A DNA stretch of 63,034 bases, filler included, from Sphacelaria rigidula (Eukaryota), in assembly GCA_964200075.2 (NCBI GenBank). It is 4 parts of 4 records of this genome, joined end to end, with 100 filler letters (N's around TTAATTAATTAA, not from the genome) between each part and the next. Parts side by side here need not be neighbours in the genome. Positions count along the whole stretch, not along the records: positions 1 to 15,687 come from CAXNAA020001645.1; 3 more parts are not named here. One strand, 5' to 3'. Both the position numbers and the translations under genes were made by a program. The stretch's first letter is position 1, and every line of letters starts with the position of its first letter. Positions 1 to 13,700 of this stretch are shown one piece after another. Under the pieces are notes generated by a model. It was not told the origin of the DNA, searched no databases, and worked only from the letters and a program-made list of their open reading frames with translations.

Positions 1-2029
1 GAAGGAAAGGGGGCCACAAGACCAAATACACGAGCCAACGATGGCTTGGCGCGTTGATCGTGCCTGGCTGAATGAATCACGAAGAGATTCACAACGTGCA
101 GTCGGAACTGATACCGTGTGGCCTTGTGCAGGTGATGTCAAAATTGACAGCACGGCAAGAATAGCAAGCAGTGCGCGTTGATCCCATATAGCACAAAATG
201 TGCAGTCAAGCACTACATCAGGTTGTAGGTAGCAGGGCACGAACACTCTTCACCGAGGGATACACGGGGCAGAAGCCTTTAGAAGCTACTGAGTATCGAA
301 CCGATAGATTCGACAATAACTGTCCCGGAGGAAACGAGAGGGGGTAAAAATGATCAAAAAGCTGGGGCTACACAGCTGGGCAGCAGGGATACAAATCAGG
401 ACAAAAAGGAAATGCAATAGCTAAAGGAGAAGCTCCTTAGTCAAACGCCAATGTAATGAAGAGCAAGCGGTAGTATAATGCAAGGACACAGCTTGCAACC
501 CAAGGCACAAGCTTGGCAGGCAAATGTACAACCGTCAGGCTGCTACAACTTGTAGATACCGTGTGACCTGCTCAGCATCCAAATATCAGACGAGGATTCA
601 CGCAAATAGGTTCAAAACTTCTCCTTGGCTATCTTGATTCCAACTCCAGTACCCACTCAATTCAACTCAATCCAATACGTCTCACCGATGGTTAGACTTC
701 TTTTGCTGGAAAGCAGTAGAGGAGCAGTTGGTAGTGCGAAGGCTGGGGGGGCTTTGGTCGTTGGGACAAGCACCGAGTTCATGGGTACGGGTCGTTATAT
801 AATAATTGAACTAAAATCATCAATTGTTTCATTGTTTTCCCTGATTCTCGAACGGATTAAACCTTGGATTTCTGTGTTGATGGACACACGTGCGCTACTC
901 AAGCCGCATGTGCCGCAGAGGTCAATAAGATTGAATTGTTTGGGGGGGTTTCTGTCCAGGCCCGGTCTGGTCTTCATTTTCCCCCGCTACCTGGCTACAG
1001 CCCAGAACAGTTCAGTATATCGATGATATTTTCACATGCACCATGTCATCATGAAACGAGCTTATACGATATACCTTCGAAGGAGGGCGGTGCTCTGGCA
1101 CACGGGATCACACATGCAAGAGAGATCCATGTTTGTGTTAGCTGTCTGATGTCCCGTGTGTAAGAGTATTTGGTCGTCTTCGCCATTGCATCTCCAAACA
1201 ATTTCTGTCGCGGTACCAACCGTATCTTTACCGCAATATGTGTCAACCCTGGCCAGGTGGTCGGCATCGCGTGAGTACTGTCTGTACGGTGTACGGCACA
1301 GCTCAACACGAGCCATCCCGAACAAAAGCACGGCGGCCAACAGTAGAGAGCTACAGTAGCGGCATTAATGCCGATACAGTCCTTTTCTGGGGTTATGCCA
1401 TCGGGGAGCATGAAACAACGCACAGCGACAACGATAGCACCGCTTTATCTCATGCCCCGTATCCAAAGCAGTGCAGGATACAGGAGGCGAAAGCTACCTC
1501 AGCGCAAAAATGGAGACTGCAACGCCGACCCCCGCCACCGCAACGATACCGCAGGCACGACGACGCTCATAGCAAACGTTGGGGACACCAACCCATATAC
1601 AGGAAGACAAAACACTCTTTTTGGGGCCGTTGGTATCCTGGATATCATCTTTCTGCAGCACAGTACAGTCCTGTACTGTGGCTGCTGTGGCTGCAGGGAC
1701 CACAAGGCCGGTGATCACGAGTGTGACGGAGTCTTCACTAAAATCAAGTTTGCGTTATACAATGCGTGATATCATGTAGAGGGACTGGGGATCATTTAAA
1801 TTAAATTACTTGAAATTAGTGTGTGCGTTATAAAATTTGGCCCGTACCCATGGGCCCGCCGCCGTGGGGAACAGCGACCAAATTCAGTATCATCCCTGTG
1901 ATCATACAGGTTCACATTCGTACCCGACCAACTCGGAACCGACCTGCAGCCTTGTCTACCGAAACAATAGCAAGCCATAGTCAGGATCGACAACGGGTCT
2001 GAAGCGGCATCAACAGGCTAATATGCGTC

Positions 2030-2260
2030 TTAATGACATATCGTATATACTAAGAAGAACGAGCATATGTATAACATAGACGTATAATATAGACCTATAT
2101 TGTATGAAATATAATATATTAAATATAGTATATAGAATAATATGTGGATCATAATGTATGAATTATAATATATGAAAGAAAGTAAATGGTATATGATATA
2201 TGGTATATAAGATAAAAAAATAATATATGAAATATGAGATATGAGATATAATATATGAGG
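2030..2260. repeat. AT-rich low-complexity (degenerate TA) tract
   Basis: Runs of atat/tata with scattered G and almost no C. Confidence 0.85.
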
Positions 2261-2534
2261 CTCTCTACTGTCTACTGTAGCTGACCGCATCCGCCAACGC
2301 TTCGGCAAAAAAACAGGGGACACGGCTGGGTGTTCCCCCCCCCCCTCAAAAACTCGAATTTTCGATCGCGGGGCCTACGTGTCCTGAAAAAAAAAAGGCT
2401 GCCCCCTGGGTTGAACGAGAAATGTTGGGCTGGGTGTCCCATTCTTCGTGGAATTGGTTGAAGTAGCAATGATAAATCCAGCAGAAGTGAATTTCAAGGC
2501 AAACATGATTTTGTACCATGGCCGAAACGCCAAC

Positions 2535-2835
2535 AACGGTGTTTTCGTGAGATTGAGAGTAGATGATACGATTGAGAGTGGCTTTGATCATTCGCTTTTT
2601 GTGAGTCATTTTTTTATTCCACGTGTGTTTTTCTTCACCTCCATCACTTGCGTGTGCTTACAGCTACACGTCGATATCCTACCCAGGGATATCAAGGGCC
2701 TCAGTGGCCAGCTATTGCAGAAAGCATGTTGGGCCTTGTGGAAGTGCATTTCGGAACTGCAACGATTCATTCACTGATTGATCGCTTTTCACTCTCAATC
2801 GTATCATCTACTCTCAGTCTCACGAAAACGCTGTT
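2535..2835. mobile_element. MITE family A, complete copy
   Basis: About 45-bp terminal inverted repeats (aacggtgttttcgtgagattgagagtagatgatacgattgagagtg / cactctcaatcgtatcatctactctcagtctcacgaaaacgctgtt). CAAC flanks both sides (possible TSD). Related copies at ~11617-11850 and 42205-42844. Confidence 0.8.
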
Positions 2836-3989
2836 CAACCCGGCCGAGCACACCAAGTTGTAAAGACAGACTTCCGCCTAACTTCAGAAGAATGCTGTTG
2901 CATTCTGTCGGGCTTGGCGCGGGGAGAAGGGGAAAATGAAAAGTCATTCAACGCTTCTGTTGAATGGTAAGGCAGGCTCAAGACTACAAAAACTACCCTG
3001 GAATATTTTCTTGCCATCCATACGGTCAAAACTCGGCGAGAATACGTCGCAGATTCTAGGCGCGGGTGTAGATAGACATGACGTGAACGCACAGTTGGTT
3101 GTGAATATTTCGATGAAAGAAGTAATCCGACTTATCTCCCCGCAGCACAGTGCACACACACACGCACGCACGTTTTATAAACTAAACCTAACCCACGGAA
3201 ACCATGTATGGGCGTGTTCCATCGTGGTACACGTTGACTCACTGCCCCGGTTCAGCCCGCGGTCCTGTAGCCAAGAGTGCGAGGGTCGGGAGAATGACGG
3301 TCCCCCGAGAAAATAATTTGTCTTCAGTGTAATTTACTTGCACCGTATTGCCAGGAGAGAAGCTTGAGCTCACTTTCCTCAATAGGTTCAATCGCTCTTG
3401 TGGGTGACCAAGAAGACGTGTCCAATACGACTGCAGCCTAGAGAATGTGAGAGTCCCAGATGATATGCTGTATGATGCCCAGGAAGCTGGAGGAAATGGT
3501 TTTATATTGTGTTTATTACAGCTTTCCATCACTCAACCAATTACACTCCAACCTTGCACTTGTAGTCCTTCGGAAACCCAGAAAAACAGAGTGAAGAGAC
3601 GAGTGGAAAGGAAGTGTCATGGTGGGGGGGGGGACGTGAGACATGGTCTACGTTTCACCCTTTTGACCCTCCCAGTCCGTCTACTGTACCTCACTCGAAA
3701 AGCCTCAAAATAAAGCTATGTACCGGTCGAAGAAGCCGCGATAACAAAAATACTACGTCTTTCTGACATTCTACTCTCTGACCTACCGATCCTGGATACA
3801 TGTTCTCTTGGTCTGCTCCATCTACTTTGGACACAGGTATACACAGATTCTCCCCACACTGAAACCATGCCTCAAAGTACCTCAAAGATTCATAACCCTG
3901 CCCTAGTGTTACGGACAACGGTTTTTCCTAGCTTCCTTCAACTCAATCTTGTATACACACGACTGTTCTACTGATCGGTATTCATTTGA

Positions 3990-4170
3990 TACAAAACGGT
4001 CAAGTCTCCGAGTGTTCGGCTCACCACAGTACCCATCAATACTTGGGGGTTGCTTTCGGCATCGCACCCCAGGTACGTGCTCACAAGGCACGTGGAATAG
4101 CGCAAATATTCGCGTAGAGACGTTGTTTACCCGCGGCCAGTTTCTTCTCTTTCGATTAATCAGGCCTCGG
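3990..4170 (+). repeat. Dispersed repeat family C
   Basis: Core ccccaggtacgtgc..aggcacgtggaatagcgc recurs at ~10300-10460 (+) and ~27575-27790 (-). Confidence 0.7.
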
Positions 4171-4579
4171 AATTCATTGGGTTGGTGATTTGAACCAGCA
4201 ACGATCCCTCCGCAACCTGTCTACTGTGGAGAGGAAAGCTAAAAGAAAAAACATTACAAGACAAGCCATGCGCGAGTAAGCAAAAGTGGGATGCACCCCC
4301 TACGCCGAACTTGACTCGCACGGCCATATATCACAAAAGTCAGCTCAATCGCACACGAATCACAGCTCTTGCTGTGACCAAGGCTCACAAACCGCCGCGG
4401 GGTGTGGATGCAAACCTTCAAATTTCAACCAAAACAGAAAAGAACAGCCAAGCTGGAGTACACCAAGGCACCCGTTCCCTCATGGATGACCAGGAGGCAA
4501 GAATTACAAGCTACTGACAGAGGAAGACTAAATACGCGAATCCCAAGCTAATGATGGATGGGGGGCGATTGCACGCGAA

Positions 4580-4790
4580 TCACTGAGAGGGCGGGGTCAG
4601 GCGTTCCCACTGCATCCACAAATCCAGCTCCACCGCCGCACTCTCCTGGTCTGCTTCATCATCACCTTCGGAGAGCGGGGGGGTCGATGTCGTCTGTGCT
4701 GCCCCTGCCAGGAGAATCTGTCGACGCCTAGCCATGATCACTGACACCCTGGGTCCCAACTCATCAACAACGCGTGCTCCGCCCGCGCTC
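4580..4790 (-). CDS. FES1: Fes1 exon 7 (R SAGGARVVDELG...LDLWMQWERLTPPSQ*)
   Basis: Acceptor ggaacag|G completes the split AGG codon from exon 6; ends in TGA. Confidence 0.82.
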
Positions 4791-7700
4791 CTGTTCCATA
4801 GCAAAAAGTGGGGGGGGGCGGGACGGGGGTACTCGTGATTTTGGATGCCGCAGTCATTTGACCATTGACGTCGCATCTCTACAAAGCCGGGGCGGAGCAC
4901 ACCGGGTTTACGCCGGACCAGACTTGCAGTCAATCACCAGGCGCGAAGTGCCGTGAGGTGCTCGGTGAGTCGCATGAAGGGTGAGCTGCATCCTGCTAAG
5001 ATTGTTCAGTCCCAAGCGTACTGGTTATCTTGCATTTGGATGATAGCTTACGATGGGTTGCTGCATTCTCTGGTATGGCCACTTCCAGAGAAAACCACGG
5101 GTTTCACGATACCTCACCATACCATGAGGCTGCAAAACAAATGTGTGCGTGGTGTGTGTAGTTCTATCGGCCAAGTTGCAGGTTTCCTTGGAGTCCTTCT
5201 TCGAAATACTTCGACTGTCAAGGTGACTCGTAGTACATCATTTCAGGGGCCACAGTCCCGCTCCCCCGCCCGTGCGGCTTTATCGGAACAATAACCGGTG
5301 GTTGACTTGAGGTCGTGTCATTTTCCACTGTCCACAGGTAGCGCCACCGCTTCGGAATCTCCCATTCGGCGTGACGCCATAGCTGTCGTTTCCTCTATAG
5401 ACCAACGACACCCGCTGTAGGCTTCTGGGTAGGTTCTCATTCATGTATCGCATTTCATGCTCAGGTTTATATTTGAAGATCTTTGACGCTCTCAGAGAGG
5501 TATATACTGCTAAGTTGCCGAGTGGTGGCGCTACCTGTACCCCTCTTACCATGTACAGAACTTCATCAACAATGTCTACACTACGAACAGCACGGGTGCA
5601 GCAACGCGTGTAGCAATTCGGTGCATGTGTAGCACCATAGAAACACAAGAAATAAAGGGCAAACGCAGGGATATGAGGACATTTTTACCGTGCGCGTGTG
5701 GTGGGGGTGGGGTCACATGACCCAACCGTATCGCAATCGCAAGCTTATTTTTTACCATAACATTGCACATCACACAATATGTGCAAGGTACCACGAAAAT
5801 GTTATCACGCTTGCACGCTTGGCTAGTGCAGTATTTTTTGCACGCTAGTTTGTGTGCATAACATATAAATCACCCGGTCACTCAAGTAGTGCAAAGGGGG
5901 AAAACGACGTGAGGCTATACCCAGTGGCGTGTGGTGAAAATCATCACGTGTAGAAGGTTTCGTATATTATAAAGGGATCATATTAACAAGTGAAGCGTGC
6001 GGTCTACTGAAGTCGGTGAAGGTGCGGGGCACGACCACAGTGTGCAGTCCTCTCTCATTCTGTGTATAATAACCAGTACTTTTATTTTCATACCTGGCTG
6101 CGGCTAGTAACGCCTCGATGCAGGTTTCTCGTGCAGCGGCGGGATCATCCCCTGGGCCCGCTTCTAACGACGCCTCCAGTGCCTCCAACAGCGCCAAAAT
6201 TGCAGGCCACAACGGCTCCACGCGAGAACGAAGCGCTCCGGGAGCTCCAACGAGGGCCTGTAACAATGATCAATACGGAGGATGATGGAGAAAAAAGTGA
6301 ATGCGGAATATATTTTCTCTCTTCCACTCCACGCCTTCCTCTCGGCGACTCTGAGGGCCAAGGGATCAACCCATCTTTACCCCAGTACATGCATGCCTGA
6401 CAAGTGTGATATCGCCGAGTAGATCAGCACTCGCGTCGCCTTTCATCACAATTTCTCAGGTAGTCACGCTGTCATGTTTGTAACGGATAACGGACTCTCG
6501 TCAACAATACCACATGTGTCACAATTCAAAGCCGCGATCTTGTCTGAATTGGCAATTGGCGGAGCTGGGTACTGGGCCCCTATGAGCAAGCCAGCAGTGC
6601 CAGCACTTTCCTATGGACGCAAAAGGGGAGAGATGGATTGTTTCCTTGAGACCATTAGACCACAGACTCGTCCCGAGGAAGGGGAGGGGTTCGAAAGTGC
6701 GACAAAAAAAAAGAAAGTAAAACGTCCCTCCGTCCCACCATAACGCCTGATCATTGACAGAAATCCCGATCCAATTGGGCCGCAAGTGAAGCCGAACCGC
6801 GTTTTTTCACTCTGATAGTAGTGACGCCAAATCGCATAAAAATACGCCTCTGTCGGAATGCCTCCAACGGGGCTTCGCCGCGGGCCCAAGGCAATGGCAG
6901 AATCTAGTATGTTGCCTTCTAGGGCAGCCGGTATATAAAATACTGATAAAAAATACTGGGTTGCTGCACCAGTATCCAGCCCCCAAAGTTGTGCTGCTGG
7001 TGACACCAGCGGGACGCGACTGTACCGTGACTTTATCCCCGGGGTGAACATTAATCGAAAATCCATCACCGACGGGGTGTTACCCAGCGTACGCGTGCTA
7101 TACTGTGTCACACGCGGGATGTACATGAGGCCCTCCAAAACTATAAAAAAGAACGCGGTGAGAATACTGGAATATTGCCGTACCGCTCCACCCCCTAGTG
7201 AAATCACATTTTTTCTCGTGCCGAAATCAGTCACTCACCTTCAAAACAAATGCGGCCTTGCTCCTGAGCCTAGCCGCTGTATCGCCCGCTACATGGTCAT
7301 TCTCCTGTACCCCCTCTCCCCCTTGGCTGCTGCCCTGCCTAAGAGCTTCCCCCAAAAATTGCTGAAATCTCGCTTCCGAGCACAGAGCAGCTTCGGCCGC
7401 AGCGTCTCCCATGACGGAGCAACTCAAGGTATGTAGAAACGACAACCGCACCGCGAGCGACGGGGCCGGTTGGGATGACGGGGGAGGGGACGGCTCGCTG
7501 CTTTCCCCTGATTCTGCCAACGAGGAGTTCGTTGGTGTGGATAAGGCTTCCAGGAGAGCTCTCTGCCCACCAGATGACGAGAATAACGCCTGGTGAAAAC
7601 GTGCGCGTAAACGAAGAAAAGCAGGCAAAGGCAAGGCGCCAGGATAGTGCGTGCGAATTAAACTCTGCGTATATACGCCTCTTCAAGTGTGTATGGCGAC

Positions 7701-10700
7701 AACACGGTACATGGAAGGTAACGCTGCAAGTGATGGGTAGAACCTCAAGTACAAGCGTGTAGGAAAACACGTGAAGGTGGGCGGCATATTTTTACAGCGG
7801 CGCGGGCGCGCGGGGTAGGGGGAGGTGGGGGGGGGGGGGGGCGACGATGTGCAAAACGCAAGCGGTAGCTTAACGGCAAGCCAACAAAGAGTACGAGATA
7901 CACGAAGAGCGTTACCACAGCGAAGAGACATCGTATCGCCAATCTGGGCTCTGCACTACGTCAGTGAGATGAGTCGGAATTTGAAGCAGGCGTACCCTTG
8001 TGAATTTCCTGCATACGTGTCTCCAAAGATTGGTCGTCCAGGAATGATCGAGTCTCTTGACTCCGCTGTGTTCTAGTTTTCCCGGGGGTGGTAACTATCG
8101 TTAGCGCAACACTACAGAGCGTCAATACAGTCGAGGCTCGAAAACAAAATCGTCCGGGGGTGTGTTGAAAACTTACCCGGGTATTTACTTTCCCGACTCA
8201 GCTGTTGCGATGGTCCGATTTTCACCCTATATTTAACTATTGGGAAACGCTACATACGATCGCATTACTCTTTTCAACATCTGGACATTCTCGAGTACCA
8301 CCCCATTACTCCACGTAAATTTTGGGTGCTTGAAAAAGTACCAACTTTGATCATGTCCAAAAGTGGGAAATACCATGCCAAACACACCCTTAACCGGTCC
8401 ATTCGATCTTACCTGTGCCGGAGGGTTGTTCTTCGTCAGTGTCGCCATAACAGACGCCGCCCGCCGCCGCAGCTGCACACGTTGTCATCATCCACAAAAA
8501 ACGCCCGTTTGTCGTGATCCAGGCAGGGGTTGAAAAGCAGACACCGACAGGAGGCACGACGGTATGACAGCGTTGAATTCATTGAGATACACATTACATG
8601 CTTCCTCAGACCCGTAAGTCAGAAAGCACTCCCCTTAGGGGGACACAATACTGTAGTGACTTACATCGTGCGAAGTCACAGAACGTTTTCTACACCACTT
8701 TTTGAAATGTTACCCCGTATGAAACGTGACGGGAGGCTTCCGTTTCCCGCAACATTTCCATAGTTTCAGTTTTGTCTTGATATGTATTCTTGTTTTTGAG
8801 AGATTAGTTTATTCACGTCGTGGACAACTGATACATCAACCACCACTCGAACTTGAAAGGGTTTCAACTTGGCATACTGTACTCCACATGATTTATTCGT
8901 AAACAGGAAAAAGCTCGCATGTTCAGCCCGCGCGCATTGCTCACAAACACACAGGACCACGTCTACTCTGAAAGCCGCTGTCGTGGGCACCCACTCATAA
9001 CCATCTGTTGGTTCATTTATTTTTTTGAGAAGCAAATGCTCACGACACCGGGAGCTGTCGGATCAGCAGTATCTGCTCGACATCACTTGACAGATGTGCC
9101 TCAGATACGAGCTACAGGCCTCCTTGCCCCTCAACACATTGTACAACCGTTTTGTCGTTGGTTTTGTCGATCAGAGAAAAGCTCACACCGGCCAAGCAGC
9201 ACGACCTACCCGTATGGGCTCTGTTGCACGCACACGAACTTCGAAACGACTTTCCGAACAGACTACGCGGGTCACACAGATCACACTGATCACACAGATC
9301 ACACGCGCATCGTTGTGGGTACGCGGCCGACAAGATTCAAGCACACACCTGGTCAGGCCTGCAGGCGGGAGCAGCCAGAGCAATCAAGCGCCCGAAGCCC
9401 CCGATCTTCGCGAAGGTTTCCGCCATATCTATTTGCTCCACCATATCTTGCAGCTCCTGCAGACCCCCCAGTTGCATTGACATGAGCAGCCACGGCACAT
9501 CGTCGCAACGCGAGAAAACGGCACAAGAAGAGTAAAAAAGGAAGGTAGACCAACTTCAGTCATTATGGAAAGAGAACAAGGCAACTTATTTATTCTAGTC
9601 CATTCTTGTGCTGACTTCACTGATGAGAAAGAAAAAAAGTGTTACTGTTTCGCACGGGAGAATGCTGGTCATCTCTTCGCGATTTTTCGTGCGTGACCTT
9701 TTACGCTCACCCCACTTTCAGCTAAAAGGCGTAATATTCTTCAGCATTCTTAGGCGCACCAAGAACAAAGGCAAGCTTTGGATGCGTCAGTGTGTTTGTT
9801 ACCACCGAAACGAAAAATTGCAGGTACTGATACCCACAAACTTAAAAAATCGGAATACCTTACAGCACAGTAGCAATAAAAAAAACGGAAATACATGATA
9901 TGCCTGCACTGCAACCCAAAACCACTTCGCCACTTTTCGGAACCATTATCTAGGGTCGGGTCAAAACGCCTTGTCATTTACAGACGCTCGTGGTCGCGGG
10001 AGAGGATATAGAGTAGCAGATTCTGAAGGTTGTGTTGTCTTCAGATGGGGTATATACCCTGAGGTGGGGGATTCTTGGTCGACATATCAACCCATACCTG
10101 AACGTATCCCGAACAATCAGATATGGTCCGGAAGGGTATTTGGCGATGACAGAACTCATACACTGTGAATATCTGAATTTCAGCCGATATACCCTACAGA
10201 ACACGAACTTGCAGCTTTCTTCTCTACAAACAGTACACAGCCGCTTGGACATCTTGTTGCTGCTACTGCGCAGTGCGTTTTACGCTATTGGTGGGCGCTG
10301 CTCAAGGATCGGACAAATAATGGCTTGTCATGAAAATTCTTGCTTTTGGTGTAATCGATTCGTACCGTACGAATCAGTACTTGAGCTGTGTTTTCAGCGC
10401 TACACCCAAGGTACGCGCAACGCAGGCACGTGGAATAGAGCGGAATTCGCCTAGAGACTTGAGGCGACCTGAGGATTTGTACGTGAAAAATGGTTGGTAC
10501 TATGGAGATGCCGCCAACCCTTACGCTAACCCTAACCCCGACCAAGGCATACCGAGAACCCTCGGGCAAGGGGGTGCAGCGTGTCTCGTAGGCGAAGTGT
10601 GCGTTGCCAGAGCTGAAATCGACGCCTTTCAGCCGATTGTGGACCAAAACACGTTCTGGACGAGCTGGGTCCACTGTTCACCTGCCCCAGACCATGAATT

Positions 10701-13700
10701 TTCTCATAACTGTTTTCAGTCTGAAATCAAGTGAAATCGAGTACCAACCCTCCTTTACGCACAAATCCTCAGCTATACTGGGAGACTTCCTTTTGCCCGT
10801 GGTGAGCATTTTCATTTCTTTCAAGCAAAAGAAATTTCCCTAGGCTCTCTTGCTTGCCACAGCTCATCACGTTGGGATCTGAAGATACTTGTATCCGCTC
10901 CACATTCCAAGAAAAAAAAGTTGAGTGACTCACGGGCTGACTGGTCATTGGGGGTCCTGACACGCTTCAGCCCAAATTCTGACTCTTTGGTATTTTTCGG
11001 TTGATCGAGCCTGTCGCTTGTATTCATGAAGAAGAGTACGGGTTTATTTTATCGAAGTTTTACTCACTCATTGCACTGAAGCCGAAAAACTGTGTCACGT
11101 TCAATAACACCCTCTTGACAAGCAGGGATAAACAGGGTATCTACTCGTATCGCCCGATAACAAAACCAACCAACACTAACTTGGGCACTGGAGGGGAGGA
11201 AGGGGTTCTGTTCGTTTTGCCAAAATTGACTGACGCTAGCACCTTCGAGTTCCATCAAAGAGTAGTCGCGATAAAACAACCTTCTGAAGAAAACAAAATC
11301 CAGGCGCCCAGCACAGATACAAGAACTAGCCAAGGGTCTACCCATGTGTTTCCACTTACGAGCCCTTCACACGTGCAATTTTTTTTCCAATGAAATTTTG
11401 CGAGAATTTCGCATGGTGCCGAAAAGATGGGATGAGGGAGAGAAGGGCAAAACATCAACAATGCCTGCACGAAAAAAAATCAGATAAAATCTGTCAGCGT
11501 AGAACGTTTAGTTACGGAAGGGTTAACATCGCAAGAGAGAGACGTGCGCGACGAAAATCAAAGGTGGTGGAATTTGTAAGAGCGTGCTGATGATCCCGCA
11601 CGGAACAACGTTCTCGTAAGATTGAGAGTCTACCATTGGTTGAGAGTCAATTTTTCATTCGCTCGAAATAACCAACCGTTCAGTAAGTATGTGCTTTTCG
11701 TTGTCCATAACACTATCGTGTGCTTACGGTTACGCGGCGATGTTTTACTCAGGGATATCACAAGCTTCAGCGGCAAGCTGCCGGAGAAAGCGTACAGGGC
11801 CTCCTGTAAGGGACGGAGGGGCATTTCACAGCTGAAAATATTTCATTCAGTATTATATTGAACACTTGTTACTTTCGATCGTATCCTAGACTCGAAATTA
11901 CGAACAGATTGTTATGGGTGCCCAATAGCTCCGCGGTCATGATCTTTTGCATGTGTTCCGTCACACCCCGCAAACCAAGGACACGGAAGGAGAACGTTAC
12001 CATCAATTTGTCAATAATCTCCTCGAGGGACTCGCAGAATCAAAAATATTTTCACCACTTGTATTTCGACGAGTCCGGAACTACCAACTCACTTCTCATA
12101 CACCTAATCTCACCTCAAGATCATTCATGATGCCTTCCAGCCTCTCTCCCCCGCCAACGCCCTCGACACCCCCCCCACCCCGCCCCGCCCCTTCGCCAAC
12201 CACAGCTGACGCCGCCGTCGCCGGTGGCGGAGCAACATAGGTGGACAGCATACCTGCAGCGCCAGATAATGCCGTGGCTGGCGGCGGCGGGGGCTGCAGA
12301 ACGTTGTCGGCCGTACTCCCGGAAACTTCAGCGGGTGTTGATTGTGGTTGTTCACCGGCGTTTGCCCTTGCCGTTGGCGGTTGTGCTGCGGGAGTCGTGG
12401 ACGAGGCGAGATCATCGAGGTAGTCGCAGAGGCGGCCGTAGATCTCCGTCATGACTTTCATGTCGTCGCGGACGCCCTCACTCACCACCTTTTCTAGCCA
12501 CTCCCGGTCCTGTAGAAGAGAGCAAAGAAAGAAAAAAAAGGAAAAAAGAAAAAACGTTCAAAGATAGCAAAATATATATGTGATGAAAAAATACAGGGAA
12601 CCCGCTCACTCGACTCCACGTGCACAGGGTGCGGTAGCAGCAAAGAAAAAAAGAAAGGAAAAAGAAGAGACGTACAACGATAGCAGAATATATTTGATGA
12701 AAAGATACAGGAAATCAGCTTACTTCGCCCCACGTGCACAGGGTGCTGTAGCGGGCACGAGGTGCTTTGATTTTGAGACGCATTTGTCCTGGTGCACAGC
12801 GTGAATTGTTGGTCTGGTTACGCATGCTTTCATCAAGCTCTTGGACCGGCTAATCGTAGGATAAGACGTATGCTAAATTCGCCAACTACACTCAATTCAG
12901 CAAGAGGCCGTTTGCCGTTTGCCGAGTGCGGGCCAGCTTTGAGCTTGTGATGTAGACGCCACCTACTCACTTTTCGATCACATAGTGCCGTAGGTCACGG
13001 CATGTACACCCCCAACGCGCGCCCCCCCGCCCTGCCCGCCCGCCCCGACATCGTGACAAATACTTTTCAACATAGATCATCTCGACGCCTACATGATTCA
13101 TGCCGCTGGAAGTTAAGTATTTAAAAGGGAATCTGATCGAGATGTTTCGGCCAACGGGATCATGGGTCATCATGCCCATGGTAGCTTGAGGATAACCTTC
13201 TGGCGGTGCGGGTCTGCTGTTTGGCTTCTAAGAATTTCCGCATCGAAAATTTCACCACTGGTGGGTGTTATACTCCGTCACCGGTGTTGATGAAACGGAA
13301 CAGTCGATGGCGGATAAAATCGATTTCGAAAATCACGTTTCGACTGCGGGATGGACATTACCTGGTGGTGATATCGTACACAAGGTGCCACGATTGGCAA
13401 ATATTACTCTTATTCCGCGCTATATTGTACTGCCAACTGCGCCATGTCTCAGTGAAGGCGCCGACTATTGGTTACTCGGATAGCTGCTGGCGAAAAGGGG
13501 CAGTGCTAATTTTGAAGCTTGGGTACACAGGCATTCCTATTTCGAGCGCAACACGGCTGTTTGCTCATTTCATCCACGCAGGACTGCACATGTATCATGT
13601 TGGTGGCGGACTGTGGATCGAAAACGCATGCCCTCACTATTACAACTGATAAGGCGACCTCGCCGGCTACGACACTCCAAGGGGAGCATATACAGCAGTA

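Noticed and set aside
1..1800. Overlapping 60-158 aa ORFs at the window start
   Set aside because: No motifs or exon structure; possibly old TE debris but unassignable by eye.
11064..11345. FWQNEQNPF..LFIPA..IER resembling the hAT dimerisation domain
   Set aside because: Spacing is about 12 residues off and no supporting motifs are present.
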